DNA from: Thiomicrorhabdus sp.
GTDB taxonomy: Bacteria; Pseudomonadota; Gammaproteobacteria; Thiomicrospirales; Thiomicrospiraceae
Reading direction: 5' to 3'
Assembly: GCA_026989175.1 (NCBI GenBank)
Contig: JALSJT010000175.1
Span: 1 to 46,397 of the forward strand
DNA length: 46,397 nt
Part shown: positions 46,204 to 46,397 of the stretch, piece by piece
Position numbering within the stretch: the stretch's first letter is position 1
Layout: every line of letters starts with the position of its first letter
The notes under the pieces: model-generated
Seen by the model: only the letters and a program-made list of their open reading frames with translations
Database searches by the model: none
Told to the model about the DNA's origin: nothing
Program-made: the position numbers and the translations under genes

Positions 46204-46397
46204 ATTGAAAGACATCCTCAGGGAGAGATAAAAATGTAGCATTATACCCAAATCCACACTTGGAAACGCGAGATGATATGTAAGGGTTTGTTTTCATAGT
46301 GAAATGAAAAATAGTAAGTCGCCCCCATAGGTTCAGTGGCTATTTTACGTTTTAGAATGAAAACAAGAGCTTGTGGAGCATCCCTGTTTCTAAGTGT

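Overview
Chromosomal window from an AT-rich gammaproteobacterium; gene content and order suggest Thiomicrospira/Thiomicrorhabdus-like Thiotrichales (inference). Left to right: (1) a nitrate-assimilation locus with partial nirB, a NasC-like flavoprotein, a divergent NarK-type transporter behind an NtrC/IHF/sigma54-type promoter, and a fused PP2C-phosphatase/Ser-Thr kinase; (2) tRNA-Ser and serS-crcB-rarA-lolA-ftsK / trxB; (3) a chemotaxis cluster lacking cheA (MCP, cheB, cheR, cheW, cheY, STAS), interleaved with FliK-like and FlhB-C-terminal-like genes; (4) tRNA-Pro, merR, ihfA, pheTS, rplT, rpmI, infC (non-ATG start), thrS; (5) ftsB, eno, kdsA, pyrG, tilS, accA; (6) DUF481, YcaO, a probable Cys-ligated green-heme-type cytochrome c, a USP-coupled exported protein, tsaB, yoaA. 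The main non-coding signal is a family of ~160-bp palindromic MITEs with GAGACCTTTGCACGA ends: four full copies (three with exact 5-bp target duplications), nested hairpin inserts, a stop-free frame, and collapsed 23-27-bp derivatives. A second GTAACGACTCAG-ended palindrome family, a DnaA-box cluster and several structured leaders are also visible. No transposase, integrase, CRISPR array or rRNA was seen.
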